DNA of 64,000 nucleotides from Patescibacteria group bacterium (GCA_028868715.1 JAGWUB010000002.1:79605-143604); one strand, 5' to 3'. Positions 8,184-18,733 are shown, numbered from the stretch's first letter. Numbers and translations are program-made. The notes: a model not told the origin generated them from the letters alone.

Positions 8184-9229
8184 ATTTTACTTAAGATTTT
8201 GACCAATGCGAGTTCTAGTGGAAGCTCAGCAATAAACGAGTTGTCTATATTTTGATACTCTTCAAGTAATATTGAAAGTGTCTCCGAGCGAAACATACCA
8301 CTTTTGTCTTCTTTCACGAGGGTTTGGAGAAATTCCATATCAGCTTCACCTAAATCCCCTGCCATATCTTCTTTTAATTTTGGAGCATAACGTAAAATTA
8401 TAGCCACGCGAAACTTGGTGATAATTAATTTAAAGTACAATTTCATATCTAAATTCTCTGCAGTCGCTTTTTGCACCACTGCAATCCCATCGGCTAGCTC
8501 TCCTCTCCCGATAGCTGACAAAAAGTCATTTACTAGAGATGTTTTTGGCGCTCCAGTTATTTTTTCAATATCCTCCCTTTTGATTTTTTTGCTATCAGAA
8601 AAATTCAAAACTTTCTGCAATTCACCTAAGGCATCCCGAAAAGAACCATCTGCCAAAATCGCTAAAAGTTCTGCCGAGCCACTATCGAGCTCAAAACCTT
8701 CCTTCTTGCCGACATCGAGTAACATTTTTCTACATACCGCATCGGTGGCTTTTCGAAAAGTAAAAACTTGGCAACGAGAAATAATTGTTTCTGGCACTTT
8801 GTGAAATTCTGTCGTAGCTAAAATAAAAATTACATGCTTTGGTGGCTCTTCTAATGTTTTCAGTAATGCGCCCCATGCATCCTTAGAGAGCATGTGTACT
8901 TCGTCTATTATGTAAACTTTATATTTTGAATCAAAAGGTAGCACTCTGGTGCCGTCGCGAAGCTCCTTGATGTCTTCTATTCCCCTATTTGAAGCGGCAT
9001 CAATTTCATAAAGATCGTTTGCTGACACACCGATGCTTTTTGCAAAAATTCGGGCGACAGAAGTTTTGCCCGTGCCCCGAGAGCCGACAAACAGGTAGGC
9101 ATGAGAGACTTTATTTGTCTCCACTGAGCTTTCCAAGACCTTGACTATATGATCTTGCCCCAAGACTTCCTTGAAGGTCTTTGGTCGATATTTTCTATAT
9201 AAAGCTAGGCTTGTTTCATTTGCTGGCAT
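8180..9229 (-). CDS. dnaX: DNA polymerase III subunit gamma/tau (short form)
   Basis: LYRKYRP, GSRGTGKTS, EIDAASNRG, IIDEVHML, TIISRC. Confidence 0.95.
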   Translation of the reverse strand: MPANETSLALYRKYRPKTFKEVLGQDHIVKVLESSVETNKVSHAYLFVGSRGTGKTSVARIFAKSIGVSANDLYEIDAASNRGIEDIKELRDGTRVLPFDSKYKVYIIDEVHMLSKDAWGALLKTLEEPPKHVIFILATTEFHKVPETIISRCQVFTFRKATDAVCRKMLLDVGKKEGFELDSGSAELLAILADGSFRDALGELQKVLNFSDSKKIKREDIEKITGAPKTSLVNDFLSAIGRGELADGIAVVQKATAENLDMKLYFKLIITKFRVAIILRYAPKLKEDMAGDLGEADMEFLQTLVKEDKSGMFRSETLSILLEEYQNIDNSFIAELPLELALVKILSKI

Positions 9230-9238
9230 AAAAGCATT

Positions 9239-10258
9239 CTACCTTATTTCCTCTAAAAAATCATTAATAATTTTCTCCACTTCAGCGGCTGAATTTGTTT
9301 CCATTAGTTTTATGCGCAGTTCTTTTGCGCCATCAAAACCATTCACGTAAGCCTTGAAATGTTTCTTCATGGTGGCAAAGCTCTTGTGCCGTGGCTTTGA
9401 TAATGTCTTCTCGAAAACATTAGTATGTTCAATTAAAACTTTTAACTTTTCTTCTGTGGTAGGTGGCTCATTTCTCAAAGTCTCACTCTTGCCGACTGTA
9501 GTAAATAGCCATGGATTGCCAAACATTCCCCTCCCTATCATCACTCCATCGCAACCGTATTTTTGGATTTTTTCTTCACCATCTTTTATACTCTCGACAT
9601 CTCCATTGCCGATTAATAAAATATCTTTACCAGTTTTTTCAATAAGTTTTTTTATTTTTTTAATATGTTCCCAGTGCGCAGGAACTGCGGACATTTCTTT
9701 GCTAGTACGCAAATGTATCGTAAGTGCAGAAATATCTTCTTTTAATATTTCAGGAATCCAGTTGTCTATATCTTCTTTATTAAAACCGATTCTGGTTTTT
9801 ACAGATACTGGAATATTGGCGCCAGCCGCTTTGATGCCTTCGTGTGCAGCTTGAATAATTTTTCTTGCTAGTTGTGGATTTTTTATCAGACCTGCTCCAG
9901 CTCCTTGAGCTACTACTGATTTATCTGGACATCCCATATTTATATCTATACCATCAAATCCAAGGCTAGCAACATACTGGCACGCCTTCTTCATATTTTC
10001 TGGATTGGCGCCAAAAACTTGGGCTACTATAGGCCGTTCACTGTTTGAAAAAACTAACATATGGTTTAGTTTCTTCCTTGCAAATTTATTACACAGACCG
10101 TCTGCTGCCACAAATTCTGTCCAAAAGACAACCCTGTCTCTATTCTCTCTATTCTTGCTATATTTCGCCAAAATATGACGAAAAGCGATATCTGTGACAT
10201 CTGACATTGGCGCAAGGCAAAAAAAAGGTTTATGAAGTTTTTCCCAAAAATTTACCAT
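9239..10258 (-). CDS. dus: tRNA-dihydrouridine synthase
   Basis: LAPM, DINMGCP, VSVKTR, IGNGD, MIGRG..GNPW. Confidence 0.92.
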   Translation of the reverse strand: MVNFWEKLHKPFFCLAPMSDVTDIAFRHILAKYSKNRENRDRVVFWTEFVAADGLCNKFARKKLNHMLVFSNSERPIVAQVFGANPENMKKACQYVASLGFDGIDINMGCPDKSVVAQGAGAGLIKNPQLARKIIQAAHEGIKAAGANIPVSVKTRIGFNKEDIDNWIPEILKEDISALTIHLRTSKEMSAVPAHWEHIKKIKKLIEKTGKDILLIGNGDVESIKDGEEKIQKYGCDGVMIGRGMFGNPWLFTTVGKSETLRNEPPTTEEKLKVLIEHTNVFEKTLSKPRHKSFATMKKHFKAYVNGFDGAKELRIKLMETNSAAEVEKIINDFLEEIR

Positions 10259-11193
10259 TAGTTTTTCTTTGCTGCTTTGGAGGTAGGAGGTGTCGCAGGG
10301 CTATCAGTGGTAAACTTGTAATATACTTTATTATCAAATCGTAAATCAATATACTCTAAAGCAGAATATTGATTCTTAAATTTTGACTGCAGAGGTTCTG
10401 TGCCTAAGGCTGCTCTAAAATTTTCTGCAATTTTTTGAAAATCAGAAGTTTGCTTGAATACTATTTTAGGTGTTGCCGAAGATACTTTTACTTTGGAGAG
10501 AAATACATCTATGTCACCAGTATCCTCAATATATAGCATAGATGGTTTCAAGCTTATGCTTGCAAGTGTGTCTTTAAATGAAATTAATTTATCAAAGTAT
10601 CCCTTGGCCACATAAGATCCAGAAGGGTTGTCTGACGCGATCGGTAAACCATTGGCTTGGTCAGTCTTTCCATAAAACTTAAAATATACTCCGCCTGAAA
10701 AATATGGCGCTTGGTCAAAAATATACCCATCCTTATCTAAGAAATAGCATGTTTCTTTGTCATTGCCTGTGGCAGGAGGAGTAGCGCCACACCAAGTATA
10801 TTCCGGAATTCTTTCTGTGACCGATATCGCCAAAGTTTTATTGTTTTGAGTATCAATCGTTATATTTTGAAATCTTTTAAATTGGTTAGCTAAATCCGAT
10901 TTTATTTTACTCTTTGGATAAAGGAATAAGTTTGTTTTTGGAAAAAGCCAAAAGTAATATCCTGATGTTTCTTTATTTACGGCCGCCATTACCGCTTCGG
11001 TGTCTATAACTTTATTACCCTGTACTTCTACTGCACTGATATTTAATCTTTTAATCCGAGAAACATAAGATAAAATTCCGATAATTATCAATAGTAAAAT
11101 TCCAAAAATTACAACTTTTCTTACAAAAATTTTTTGTTTTTTCTTTTTTAATTCAGACAGACGTGGAGAGTTTAAAACATTTCGTTTCTGCAT
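10258..11193 (-). CDS. FtsQ/DivIB-like cell division protein
   Basis: Basic N-terminus, TM, POTRA-like region (V.GN..I), V.ER.P and YIDLRF motifs. Confidence 0.65.
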   Translation of the reverse strand: MQKRNVLNSPRLSELKKKKQKIFVRKVVIFGILLLIIIGILSYVSRIKRLNISAVEVQGNKVIDTEAVMAAVNKETSGYYFWLFPKTNLFLYPKSKIKSDLANQFKRFQNITIDTQNNKTLAISVTERIPEYTWCGATPPATGNDKETCYFLDKDGYIFDQAPYFSGGVYFKFYGKTDQANGLPIASDNPSGSYVAKGYFDKLISFKDTLASISLKPSMLYIEDTGDIDVFLSKVKVSSATPKIVFKQTSDFQKIAENFRAALGTEPLQSKFKNQYSALEYIDLRFDNKVYYKFTTDSPATPPTSKAAKKN

Positions 11194-11207
11194 TTAAATT
11201 AATTTGA

Positions 11208-12473
11208 TTACTTTATAAACTCTTTTCCACCCATGTATTTTCTTAAAACTTCTGGAATGATGACCGTTCCGTCGGCTTGCTGGAAGTTTTCTATCATTGA
11301 CACTAAAATTCTAGGAGTGGCGATAGCCGTAGAGTTTAGAGAATGGGCATAATGCATTTTACCATTTTCATCCTTATAACGAATACCTAGGCGTCTGGTT
11401 TGAAAATCATGAAAATATGAAGCTGAGGAAATTTCACGATATTTATTTTCTTTTGGTACCCAAAGCTCAATGTCATATTTTTTAACCTGACCAAGGCCAA
11501 GGTCTCCTCCACAGTTTATAACTGTATGGTAAGGAATTTCCAAAGACTCTATAAACTCTTCCGTGTTTTTATTTAACTCTTCGTGGAATTTTACAGAAGT
11601 TTCGTGATTGGCCTCACAAAGAATAAGTTGTTCAAGTTTATAAAATTCATGCACTCGAATGAGTCCTTTCACATCTTTGCCATGACTTCCAGCTTCACGC
11701 CTAAAACAAGGAGAAAAGCCCAAATACTTTAATGGTAGTATATCTTTTTCAAGAACTTCTCCCGCGTGCATGCCCATCAAAGGTACTTCAGCTGTGCCAG
11801 CCAAAAAATCTCCATCTTGAGTTTTATATAAATCCTCTTCGCCTTGTGGTAAAAATCCAGTGCCCAGAAATGAATCTTTACGATCAAGGACTGGTGGAAT
11901 GATCGGAGAGAAGCCACGAGTAGAGAAAAAATCCATTGCATAATTCCAAATTGCAAACGACAGGCGGGCGCCATCATTAGTCAAGTAGTATCCTCTAAAT
12001 CCATGAACCTTCGTTCCCCTTTCAAAATCTACCATCTTCAAGGTGTTCATTATTTCAATATGATCTTTTGGTTCAAAATTAAATGTTGGTTTGTCTCCCC
12101 AAACTTTTATCTCTTGATTTTCAGCATCAGTATTTCCATCAGGCACGGACATGTCGGGTACGTTTGGAACTTGGAGCATTAGTAATTGCCACTCCTCCAT
12201 TATTTGCCTTAATTTCTCTTCTTTAGTTTTAATATCATCTTTAACCGCGCGCATTTCTTCGATGAGTTGGGCCTTGAGCTTGGGATCCTGGTGGCGAGCA
12301 ATATCGTTGGAAACTTTATTGACTTCAGCTCGCAGATCTTCTATTTCTTTGAGTTCTTTGAGGCGAGCATCATCAAGTTCTATAAGTTTACCGATATCAA
12401 CATCGAGGCACTTTTTCACAGCGCCAGCCTGTACCACATCTTTATTTTCACGTATAAATTTGATGTCTAACAT
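11208..12473 (-). CDS. serS: Serine--tRNA ligase
   Basis: MLDIKFIREN, GTAEV, FRREAG, RVHEF.K, EISSAS. Confidence 0.97.
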   Translation of the reverse strand: MLDIKFIRENKDVVQAGAVKKCLDVDIGKLIELDDARLKELKEIEDLRAEVNKVSNDIARHQDPKLKAQLIEEMRAVKDDIKTKEEKLRQIMEEWQLLMLQVPNVPDMSVPDGNTDAENQEIKVWGDKPTFNFEPKDHIEIMNTLKMVDFERGTKVHGFRGYYLTNDGARLSFAIWNYAMDFFSTRGFSPIIPPVLDRKDSFLGTGFLPQGEEDLYKTQDGDFLAGTAEVPLMGMHAGEVLEKDILPLKYLGFSPCFRREAGSHGKDVKGLIRVHEFYKLEQLILCEANHETSVKFHEELNKNTEEFIESLEIPYHTVINCGGDLGLGQVKKYDIELWVPKENKYREISSASYFHDFQTRRLGIRYKDENGKMHYAHSLNSTAIATPRILVSMIENFQQADGTVIIPEVLRKYMGGKEFIK

Positions 12474-12494
12474 TCTTTTATTCTACACTAAAAT

Positions 12495-12503
12495 TGGTAT
12501 AAT
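12495..12503 (+). promoter_or_regulatory. Extended -10 (TGGTATAAT), 8 nt before the dprA ATG; leaderless promoter
   Basis: Motif position relative to the start codon; no SD. Confidence 0.6.
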
Positions 12504-12511
12504 TTCAAAAT

Positions 12512-13375
12512 ATGGCATTTAATTTAAAAATTCTTGAAGGGTCAGCCATTCCAGCAGATCTTTTACAGATTCCCCAACCACCTAAAAAGCTTTACTTGGC
12601 GGGCAGATTGCCACCGGAAGGCACTATATGCTTGGCAGTTGTTGGCTCCAGAAAAGCAACGACTTATGGCAAGGATATTGTAAAAAAACTTATTTCTGGA
12701 TTAAAGGGCTACCCTATTGCCATCGTTTCGGGATTGGCTGTCGGTATCGATTCCTTATCTCACGAGGCTGCATTACAAGCTGGTTTGATAGCAGTCGCTT
12801 TTCCAGGCTCAGGAATTTCAGCAGAAGCTTTCTTTCCACCCTCTAGCCTAAAACTCGCAGAAAAGATAATCGATGCAGGTGGATGTATTATCTCGGAGTA
12901 TGAGCCAAATATGAAAGCTCAATTTTATTTCTTTCCTGCAAGAAATAGATTAGTAGCTGGTCTCTCTAAAGCAGCACTAATTATAGAAGCACAAGATAAA
13001 TCTGGGACATTGATTACCGCTCGCATGGCTCTAGACTATAATAAAGAAGTGCTAGCGGTGCCGGGGCCTATTAATTCTGATTTTTCAAAGGGTACCAATA
13101 GATTAATCAGGCAGGGAGCTACTCCTATCACTTGCAGTGAAGATATATTAGAAGCTTTAGGTTTTAAAATTGATAAAGAAAGTAAACAGCAAAATCTTTT
13201 TGAAGACGCTAGACCAGAAGAAAAAGCAGTTTTGAAATTATTGACTGAGCCCTTAGAAAGAGATGAGCTCATTCGCCGTATGAAAATGCCCACCGCCGAA
13301 GCCAATGCTCTACTCTCGGTGATGGAAATAAAAGAATTAATAAAAGAAGAGCTCGGGGAAATTAGGTTGGCATAA
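12512..13375 (+). CDS. dprA: DNA-processing protein DprA
   Basis: AVVGSR, VSGLA.GID..H, FPARNR, SGTLITA. Confidence 0.95.
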   Translation: MAFNLKILEGSAIPADLLQIPQPPKKLYLAGRLPPEGTICLAVVGSRKATTYGKDIVKKLISGLKGYPIAIVSGLAVGIDSLSHEAALQAGLIAVAFPGSGISAEAFFPPSSLKLAEKIIDAGGCIISEYEPNMKAQFYFFPARNRLVAGLSKAALIIEAQDKSGTLITARMALDYNKEVLAVPGPINSDFSKGTNRLIRQGATPITCSEDILEALGFKIDKESKQQNLFEDARPEEKAVLKLLTEPLERDELIRRMKMPTAEANALLSVMEIKELIKEELGEIRLA

Positions 13376-13381
13376 AATAGA

Positions 13382-13421
13382 AAAAGCCACAGAAACAGCA
13401 TATGACTCTTTCTATGGCTTA
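13382..13421. terminator. Bidirectional terminator between dprA and the convergent orphan
   Basis: aagccacagaaa / tttctatggctt inverted repeat. Confidence 0.55.
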
Positions 13422-13429
13422 AAATACCA

Positions 13430-13777
13430 TTAACCTAAAAATAGGTGCATTTCTGCGTCGGAAAGCTGGATGTCCCTCACAAGCATGGTTATGAGAGGAA
13501 TTTCTGAAAGAAAGATCGTGAAGACCTTGCTACGCTCATCTCTCTCGTCGAAATATCCATCTCTGTTATAGTTTCCACGCTTGACACTGAAACTATATTT
13601 GCTCCCCGTGGCAGATAACAGCTGATTTACAATAACTGACACTAGAGCCAGATCCTTTTCTGTATATTCCATCGTAGCCATGGGGCGCAAGGTTACACAA
13701 ACCTGCTTCGTTAACCTTTCGGAATTTCTTATTAGAAATAGGAAAGGTTGTAGTTGTGAAGTAAATTTATTATACAT
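13430..13777 (-). CDS. Orphan protein inserted between dprA and topA
   Basis: 115-aa ORF with AAGGAG SD. Confidence 0.55.
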   Translation of the reverse strand: MYNKFTSQLQPFLFLIRNSERLTKQVCVTLRPMATMEYTEKDLALVSVIVNQLLSATGSKYSFSVKRGNYNRDGYFDERDERSKVFTIFLSEIPLITMLVRDIQLSDAEMHLFLG

Positions 13778-13920
13778 TCCAATCTCCTTTTCAATTTACT
13801 GAAACGATGCTTTTGGGCAACTAGAGTCCAAAATATAACATCATTTTTATCTTTCAATATCTAACCACAGAAATATAAAATTTGCAAAATAAATATCTTT
13901 CATGTAATACTGTTTGAGCA

Positions 13921-16134
13921 ATGAAACTTTTAATTGTTGAATCACCATCCAAAGCAAAGACCATCGAGAAATATCTCGAGGGGGCTTTTACTGTACGCGC
14001 ATCTGTCGGGCATATTCGTGATTTGCCAAAATCAAACAAGATTGCCATAGACATAGATGCAGGCTTTGTTCCGCATTATGAAATATCTAAAGGCAAAGAA
14101 AAGATCGTACACGAGCTACAAAGCTTAGCATCCAAAGCAAAAGAAATACTTTTAGCGACAGACCCTGACCGTGAAGGAGAAGCTATTGCTTGGCATATAG
14201 AAACACTTCTCAAGCAGGATAAAAAAGTAAAGGCGCCTATAGAGAGAGTTGCCTTTTATGAAATTACGAAAGAAGCGGTATCTGAAGCCCTAAAACATCC
14301 ACGAAAAATAGATACTAATTTACGAAAAGCCCAAGAAGCTCGTCGGGTACTAGATCGTCTTGTTGGTTACGATTTATCTGGCCTTATCTGGAAAAAGGTA
14401 CGCTACGGTCTTTCAGCTGGACGGGTTCAATCACCTGCTCTGCGCATAATCATGGAGCGTGAAAGAGAAATTCGTGTCTTCGTTCCAGAAAAATTTTGGA
14501 AGATCAAAGGACTTTTTGAAACCTTAAAAGAGGATAAGGTTATTTTGGAATGCTCTGAAGAACCAAGGGATGAAAAACTCGTAGAAAAAATAATGGAAGT
14601 AGGTAAAGATGGAACTTGGATCGTAAGTGTAGTTAAGGAATCAGAACAAAAACGCTCTCCCAGAGCACCATTTACAACTTCCACTCTTCAACAAACTGCT
14701 AGCTCAAGGCTAGGATACTCGCCTTCGCGTACGATGCAGATAGCCCAGAAGCTCTATGAAGCTGGCCATATCACCTATATGCGAACAGATAGTACAAACT
14801 TGTCCACCGCAGCTCAAGCTCAGATAGTTTCTTTTGTAAAAAAAGAATATGGGCCGGAGTATGCTGAAGCAAGAATATACAAAACAAAATCAAAAAATGC
14901 TCAAGAAGCTCATGAAGCTATTCGCCCGACTCATATTGATAATATGATTGCCGGCAGTGAAGAACAAGGCAGACTTTATAGATTGATCTGGGAACGCGCA
15001 GTCTCTTCACAAATGACGGATGCAAAATTATTGAAAACAAAAATTACTGCCAAGGTTGAGGGGCATGCAGATATACCAGAATTTGGCGCTAATGGATCCA
15101 GACTTTTATTCCCAGGATGGTTAAAGGTAGACAGCGCTGCTCGTGGAGATGATGTTGAGCTACCATTATGTAAGGTCGGAGAAAAATTAAAGCTCTTGAA
15201 CCTAATCAATGAAGAAAAATTTACTGAACCGCCAGGACGCTATAGTGAAGCAGGATTAATCAAAGAGCTGGAAAGTCGTGGCATCGGCAGACCCTCTACT
15301 TATGCTTCAATTATGCGAACTATTGAAGATAGAGGTTATGTAAAGAAAGAAGGTAAAACCTTGTTCCCCACTGATGTCGGCGAAGTGGTTTCTGATTTTT
15401 TAGAAAAACATTTTGCGAATTATATCTCGGACACATTTACCGCTGAAATGGAAGATGAATTAGATGAAATCTCTAGAGGCGAAAGAGAATATGAAAAAAC
15501 TCTAAAAGATTTCTATGGCCCATTTCTGAAAGACGTCAAATCAAAAGATAAATTAGAAAAAGCAACCAATTTAGGTGAAGCTCCGGAGAATATAAAATGT
15601 CCAAAATGTGGTAGCTCAATGATTATCAAGCTCTCAAGAGCTGGTAAGTTTTATTCCTGTTCAAAATACCCAGACTGCGACGGCGCCCTGATGCTAGACG
15701 GTACTGAGCTCCAAGGGCCAAAAGAAACTGGAGAAATGTGTCCAGAATGTGGCGATAAGAAGGGAAAGTCTGGTGGAGGTAAATTAATTGTACGTGAACG
15801 CAGAGACGGAAGCGGAACTTTTATATCCTGTTCTCGTTATCCAAAATGTAAATTTGTAAAAAGTGATGAAGCAGATGAAGCCAAAAAACGAACTGGAGTA
15901 ATCTGCCCTCTTTGTAAAAAGGGCGACATTACTGAACGTCGTGGAAAATTTGGGATTTTCTATTCTTGTTCAAATTATCCAAAATGTAAATTTGCGATCA
16001 AGGCCAAACCTACCGGCAAGATTTGTAAGGAGTGTGGAAGTCTGATGATGGAAGGTACGAAAACTATTCCAGAAAGATGTTCAAACAAAGCTTGTCCAAA
16101 TCACAACCCTCATAAGTTAAATAAAATTAAATAA
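13921..16134 (+). CDS. topA: DNA topoisomerase I with C-terminal Zn ribbons
   Basis: IVESPSK, ATDPDREGE, SAGRVQS, ITYMRTDS, GIGRPSTY. Confidence 0.97.
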   Translation: MKLLIVESPSKAKTIEKYLEGAFTVRASVGHIRDLPKSNKIAIDIDAGFVPHYEISKGKEKIVHELQSLASKAKEILLATDPDREGEAIAWHIETLLKQDKKVKAPIERVAFYEITKEAVSEALKHPRKIDTNLRKAQEARRVLDRLVGYDLSGLIWKKVRYGLSAGRVQSPALRIIMEREREIRVFVPEKFWKIKGLFETLKEDKVILECSEEPRDEKLVEKIMEVGKDGTWIVSVVKESEQKRSPRAPFTTSTLQQTASSRLGYSPSRTMQIAQKLYEAGHITYMRTDSTNLSTAAQAQIVSFVKKEYGPEYAEARIYKTKSKNAQEAHEAIRPTHIDNMIAGSEEQGRLYRLIWERAVSSQMTDAKLLKTKITAKVEGHADIPEFGANGSRLLFPGWLKVDSAARGDDVELPLCKVGEKLKLLNLINEEKFTEPPGRYSEAGLIKELESRGIGRPSTYASIMRTIEDRGYVKKEGKTLFPTDVGEVVSDFLEKHFANYISDTFTAEMEDELDEISRGEREYEKTLKDFYGPFLKDVKSKDKLEKATNLGEAPENIKCPKCGSSMIIKLSRAGKFYSCSKYPDCDGALMLDGTELQGPKETGEMCPECGDKKGKSGGGKLIVRERRDGSGTFISCSRYPKCKFVKSDEADEAKKRTGVICPLCKKGDITERRGKFGIFYSCSNYPKCKFAIKAKPTGKICKECGSLMMEGTKTIPERCSNKACPNHNPHKLNKIK

Positions 16135-16177
16135 AAAAGCGGATCTCAGGACAAAATTTTTGTGTTATAATAGTCTT

Positions 16178-17644
16178 ATGAACGTTAAGGAAATATTAGA
16201 TTTAATACCCGGCGGAGTAGATAAAAAAGATGAGGAACTTATTACCAAGGCTTATAAGTTGGCAGAATCTGCTCACGATGGTCAAAAGAGATTTAGTGGT
16301 GAACCTTACTTTATTCACGTTTTTGAAACTGCTAAAACCCTAGCCAAGCTCGGCATGGATGCCCAAACTATTGCTTCTGGTCTTTTGCATGATATTTTAG
16401 AGGACACAGATATATCTGAGGAACAAATAGCACATGATTTTAATAAAGATATTTTATTTTTAATAAAGGGCGTAACTAAACTTGGAACATTAAAATATAG
16501 CGGATACGAAAGACACGTAGAATCGTTAAGAAAATTTTTTATGGCAATGGCAAACGATTTGCGAGTGGTCATAATAAAATTAGCTGATAGACTTCACAAT
16601 TTACAGACGTTGGAACATGTCCGAGAAGAAAAAGCCAAACGAATAGCACTCGAATCAATCAGTGTTTATGCCCCACTGGCAAACCGACTCGGTATGGGAA
16701 AACTAAAGGGTGACATTGAAGATGCCGCCTTTCCTTATGCTTACCCAAAAGAGTATAAAGAGATGGAAGAATTATTAAAAGAAAAACAAGAACTATACCA
16801 AAAATATCTGACAGAGGTTAATGAAAAATTAAAAAAGGAATTAGACAAAAATAAAATTAAATATATTGGAATCGATTATCGGGTCAAGCATAAATATAGT
16901 CTTTATAAAAAACTTTTGAAATACAACATGGACATAGAAAAGATTTACGACATAGTCGCACTTCGAGTCGTAGTTCCAAATATTGAAGAATGTTATCGGG
17001 TGCTCGGACTCATTCACTCAGTGTGGACTCCCCTACCTGGAAGAATAAAAGATTATATTGCGATACCTAAGCCAAATGGATACAGATCAATTCATACGAC
17101 TATCTTTACTGGTTCTGGTGGAGTGGCAGAAATTCAAATTAGAACGAAAGAAATGCACAATGAAGCCGCCTATGGTATCGCTGCCCACTTTGCCTACAAA
17201 GAGCCAGGAAAAAAGAAAGGTCACAATGGCGAACTGAAGTTTAAGTGGGTGGAAGATTTAAAAAATCTAAACTATTCACCAAATGAGCCGAAAAAATTTC
17301 TTGAGCATTTAAAAACAGATTTTTTCAATGATCGAATTTTCGTTTTTACTCCAAAGGGTGATGTAGTAGATCTTCCGGAAGATTCTAGTGTCATAGACTT
17401 TGCTTACTCAATTCATTCAGACATTGGAGATCATCTTTCTGGGGTCACGATTAATGATAAAATGTCCCAGATTTTTACCAAACTTAAAAACGGAGACGTA
17501 GTAAAAATAATTATTAACAAAAAATCAAATCCTTCTACTAAATGGTTAGGCTATGTCAAAACAGCTTTAGCTAAAAAGCATATCAAATCTTACTTAGAAA
17601 AACACAGCTTGCTCAATAAGCTCAAGTCCTTCGGCCGTAGCTAA
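16178..17644 (+). CDS. rel: RelA/SpoT (p)ppGpp synthetase/hydrolase (HD-SYNTH-TGS, no ACT domain)
   Basis: LLHD..ED, KLADRLHN, PKPNGYRSIH, EIQIRT, FTPKG..DFAY; start moved to the ATG at 16178 after TGTTATAAT. Confidence 0.92.
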   Translation: MNVKEILDLIPGGVDKKDEELITKAYKLAESAHDGQKRFSGEPYFIHVFETAKTLAKLGMDAQTIASGLLHDILEDTDISEEQIAHDFNKDILFLIKGVTKLGTLKYSGYERHVESLRKFFMAMANDLRVVIIKLADRLHNLQTLEHVREEKAKRIALESISVYAPLANRLGMGKLKGDIEDAAFPYAYPKEYKEMEELLKEKQELYQKYLTEVNEKLKKELDKNKIKYIGIDYRVKHKYSLYKKLLKYNMDIEKIYDIVALRVVVPNIEECYRVLGLIHSVWTPLPGRIKDYIAIPKPNGYRSIHTTIFTGSGGVAEIQIRTKEMHNEAAYGIAAHFAYKEPGKKKGHNGELKFKWVEDLKNLNYSPNEPKKFLEHLKTDFFNDRIFVFTPKGDVVDLPEDSSVIDFAYSIHSDIGDHLSGVTINDKMSQIFTKLKNGDVVKIIINKKSNPSTKWLGYVKTALAKKHIKSYLEKHSLLNKLKSFGRS

Positions 17645-17650
17645 ATAATA

Positions 17651-18649
17651 TTAAACGTTAAATTTGGAGATGTTGTATAAGTCAGCATCATCTTTCTCTA
17701 TCTCATCCTTACTTCTATCGTCTATCGGAGCGTCAAGTGGAGTTAACTCTTCGAGGGGTTCTAAGTGTTCTACTGCGCCACTCGCAATATGCTTTTCAAG
17801 CATTTGTTCTGGTTGTTTTTCTATATTAGATTTATGTATTAGATTCAATATCTCACGCAGATCTTCATTTGAGAAAAAATCAATTTTAATCTGGCCGCCC
17901 AATTCACGCCTATCTATATGTACACGAGTTCCAAGCTTTTCTTGAAATTCCTCTTCTAGCTCAGTAATCTCTGGATCAGGCATAAACTCTTTCTTGCGGA
18001 TGCGATCATAAGCAATTTTTCTAGCCAATTTTTCTGCCTCACGTACTGTAATTTTTTTATAAATAATTTCTTTAAATAGCACTAACTGTTCTTCTGGGTG
18101 GTCAACCAGCATTAGTAGCGGTCGCGTATGGCCATCAGTAAGCTTACCTTCGGATAATCCCGTTAGAATTTCTTCTGGTAAGTTTAAAATTCGGAGTGAG
18201 TTGGAAACGTATTCCCTACTCTTTCCCATTTTTTTAGCAATTTCTCCATGGGTAAATTTAAATTCATTTGCCAATCTGAAAAATGCTCTGGCTCGATCAA
18301 CTGCATTCAAATCTTCACGTTGCAGATTCTCAATAATCGCCAACTCCAACTTCATCATAGAAGTATCGCCCGTGCGTATGATTACTGGCACCTGTGATAC
18401 ATTGGCGAGCATCGCTGCGCGTAGTCTGCGCTCACCGGCGATGAGCTCGTATTCTGTTAAGAGTCCTCCTCCATCTTTTTCCACTTCCACACGAGAAACA
18501 GTCAATGGTTGCAACACTCCGTATTGTTTTATTGAATCAGCCAAATCCTGTAAACGGGCAGAGTCAAAGTCTCTCCTTGGCTGAAAGGGATTTGGTTTTA
18601 TTTTATCAGTGTCAATCCAGAAAATTGAATTGGAATATATGGTGGACAT
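17651..18649 (-). CDS. parB: ParB/Spo0J partition protein
   Basis: PNPFQPRR, IAGERRLRA, ENLQREDL, HTH GKSREYVSN. Confidence 0.93.
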   Translation of the reverse strand: MSTIYSNSIFWIDTDKIKPNPFQPRRDFDSARLQDLADSIKQYGVLQPLTVSRVEVEKDGGGLLTEYELIAGERRLRAAMLANVSQVPVIIRTGDTSMMKLELAIIENLQREDLNAVDRARAFFRLANEFKFTHGEIAKKMGKSREYVSNSLRILNLPEEILTGLSEGKLTDGHTRPLLMLVDHPEEQLVLFKEIIYKKITVREAEKLARKIAYDRIRKKEFMPDPEITELEEEFQEKLGTRVHIDRRELGGQIKIDFFSNEDLREILNLIHKSNIEKQPEQMLEKHIASGAVEHLEPLEELTPLDAPIDDRSKDEIEKDDADLYNISKFNV

Positions 18650-18733
18650 AAAATTAGTTTAACATATTAATTTTATTTTTAATAATTGATTTTAAAGCAC
18701 TTTTTGTGTAAAATATGTGGATTGTGACGAGAT

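Noticed and set aside
15432-15450. cattt-ac-cgc-tg-aaatg in topA, resembling the palindrome flanks
   Set aside because: Lacks the GCCATGGC core and encodes the conserved FTAEME motif; probably coincidental
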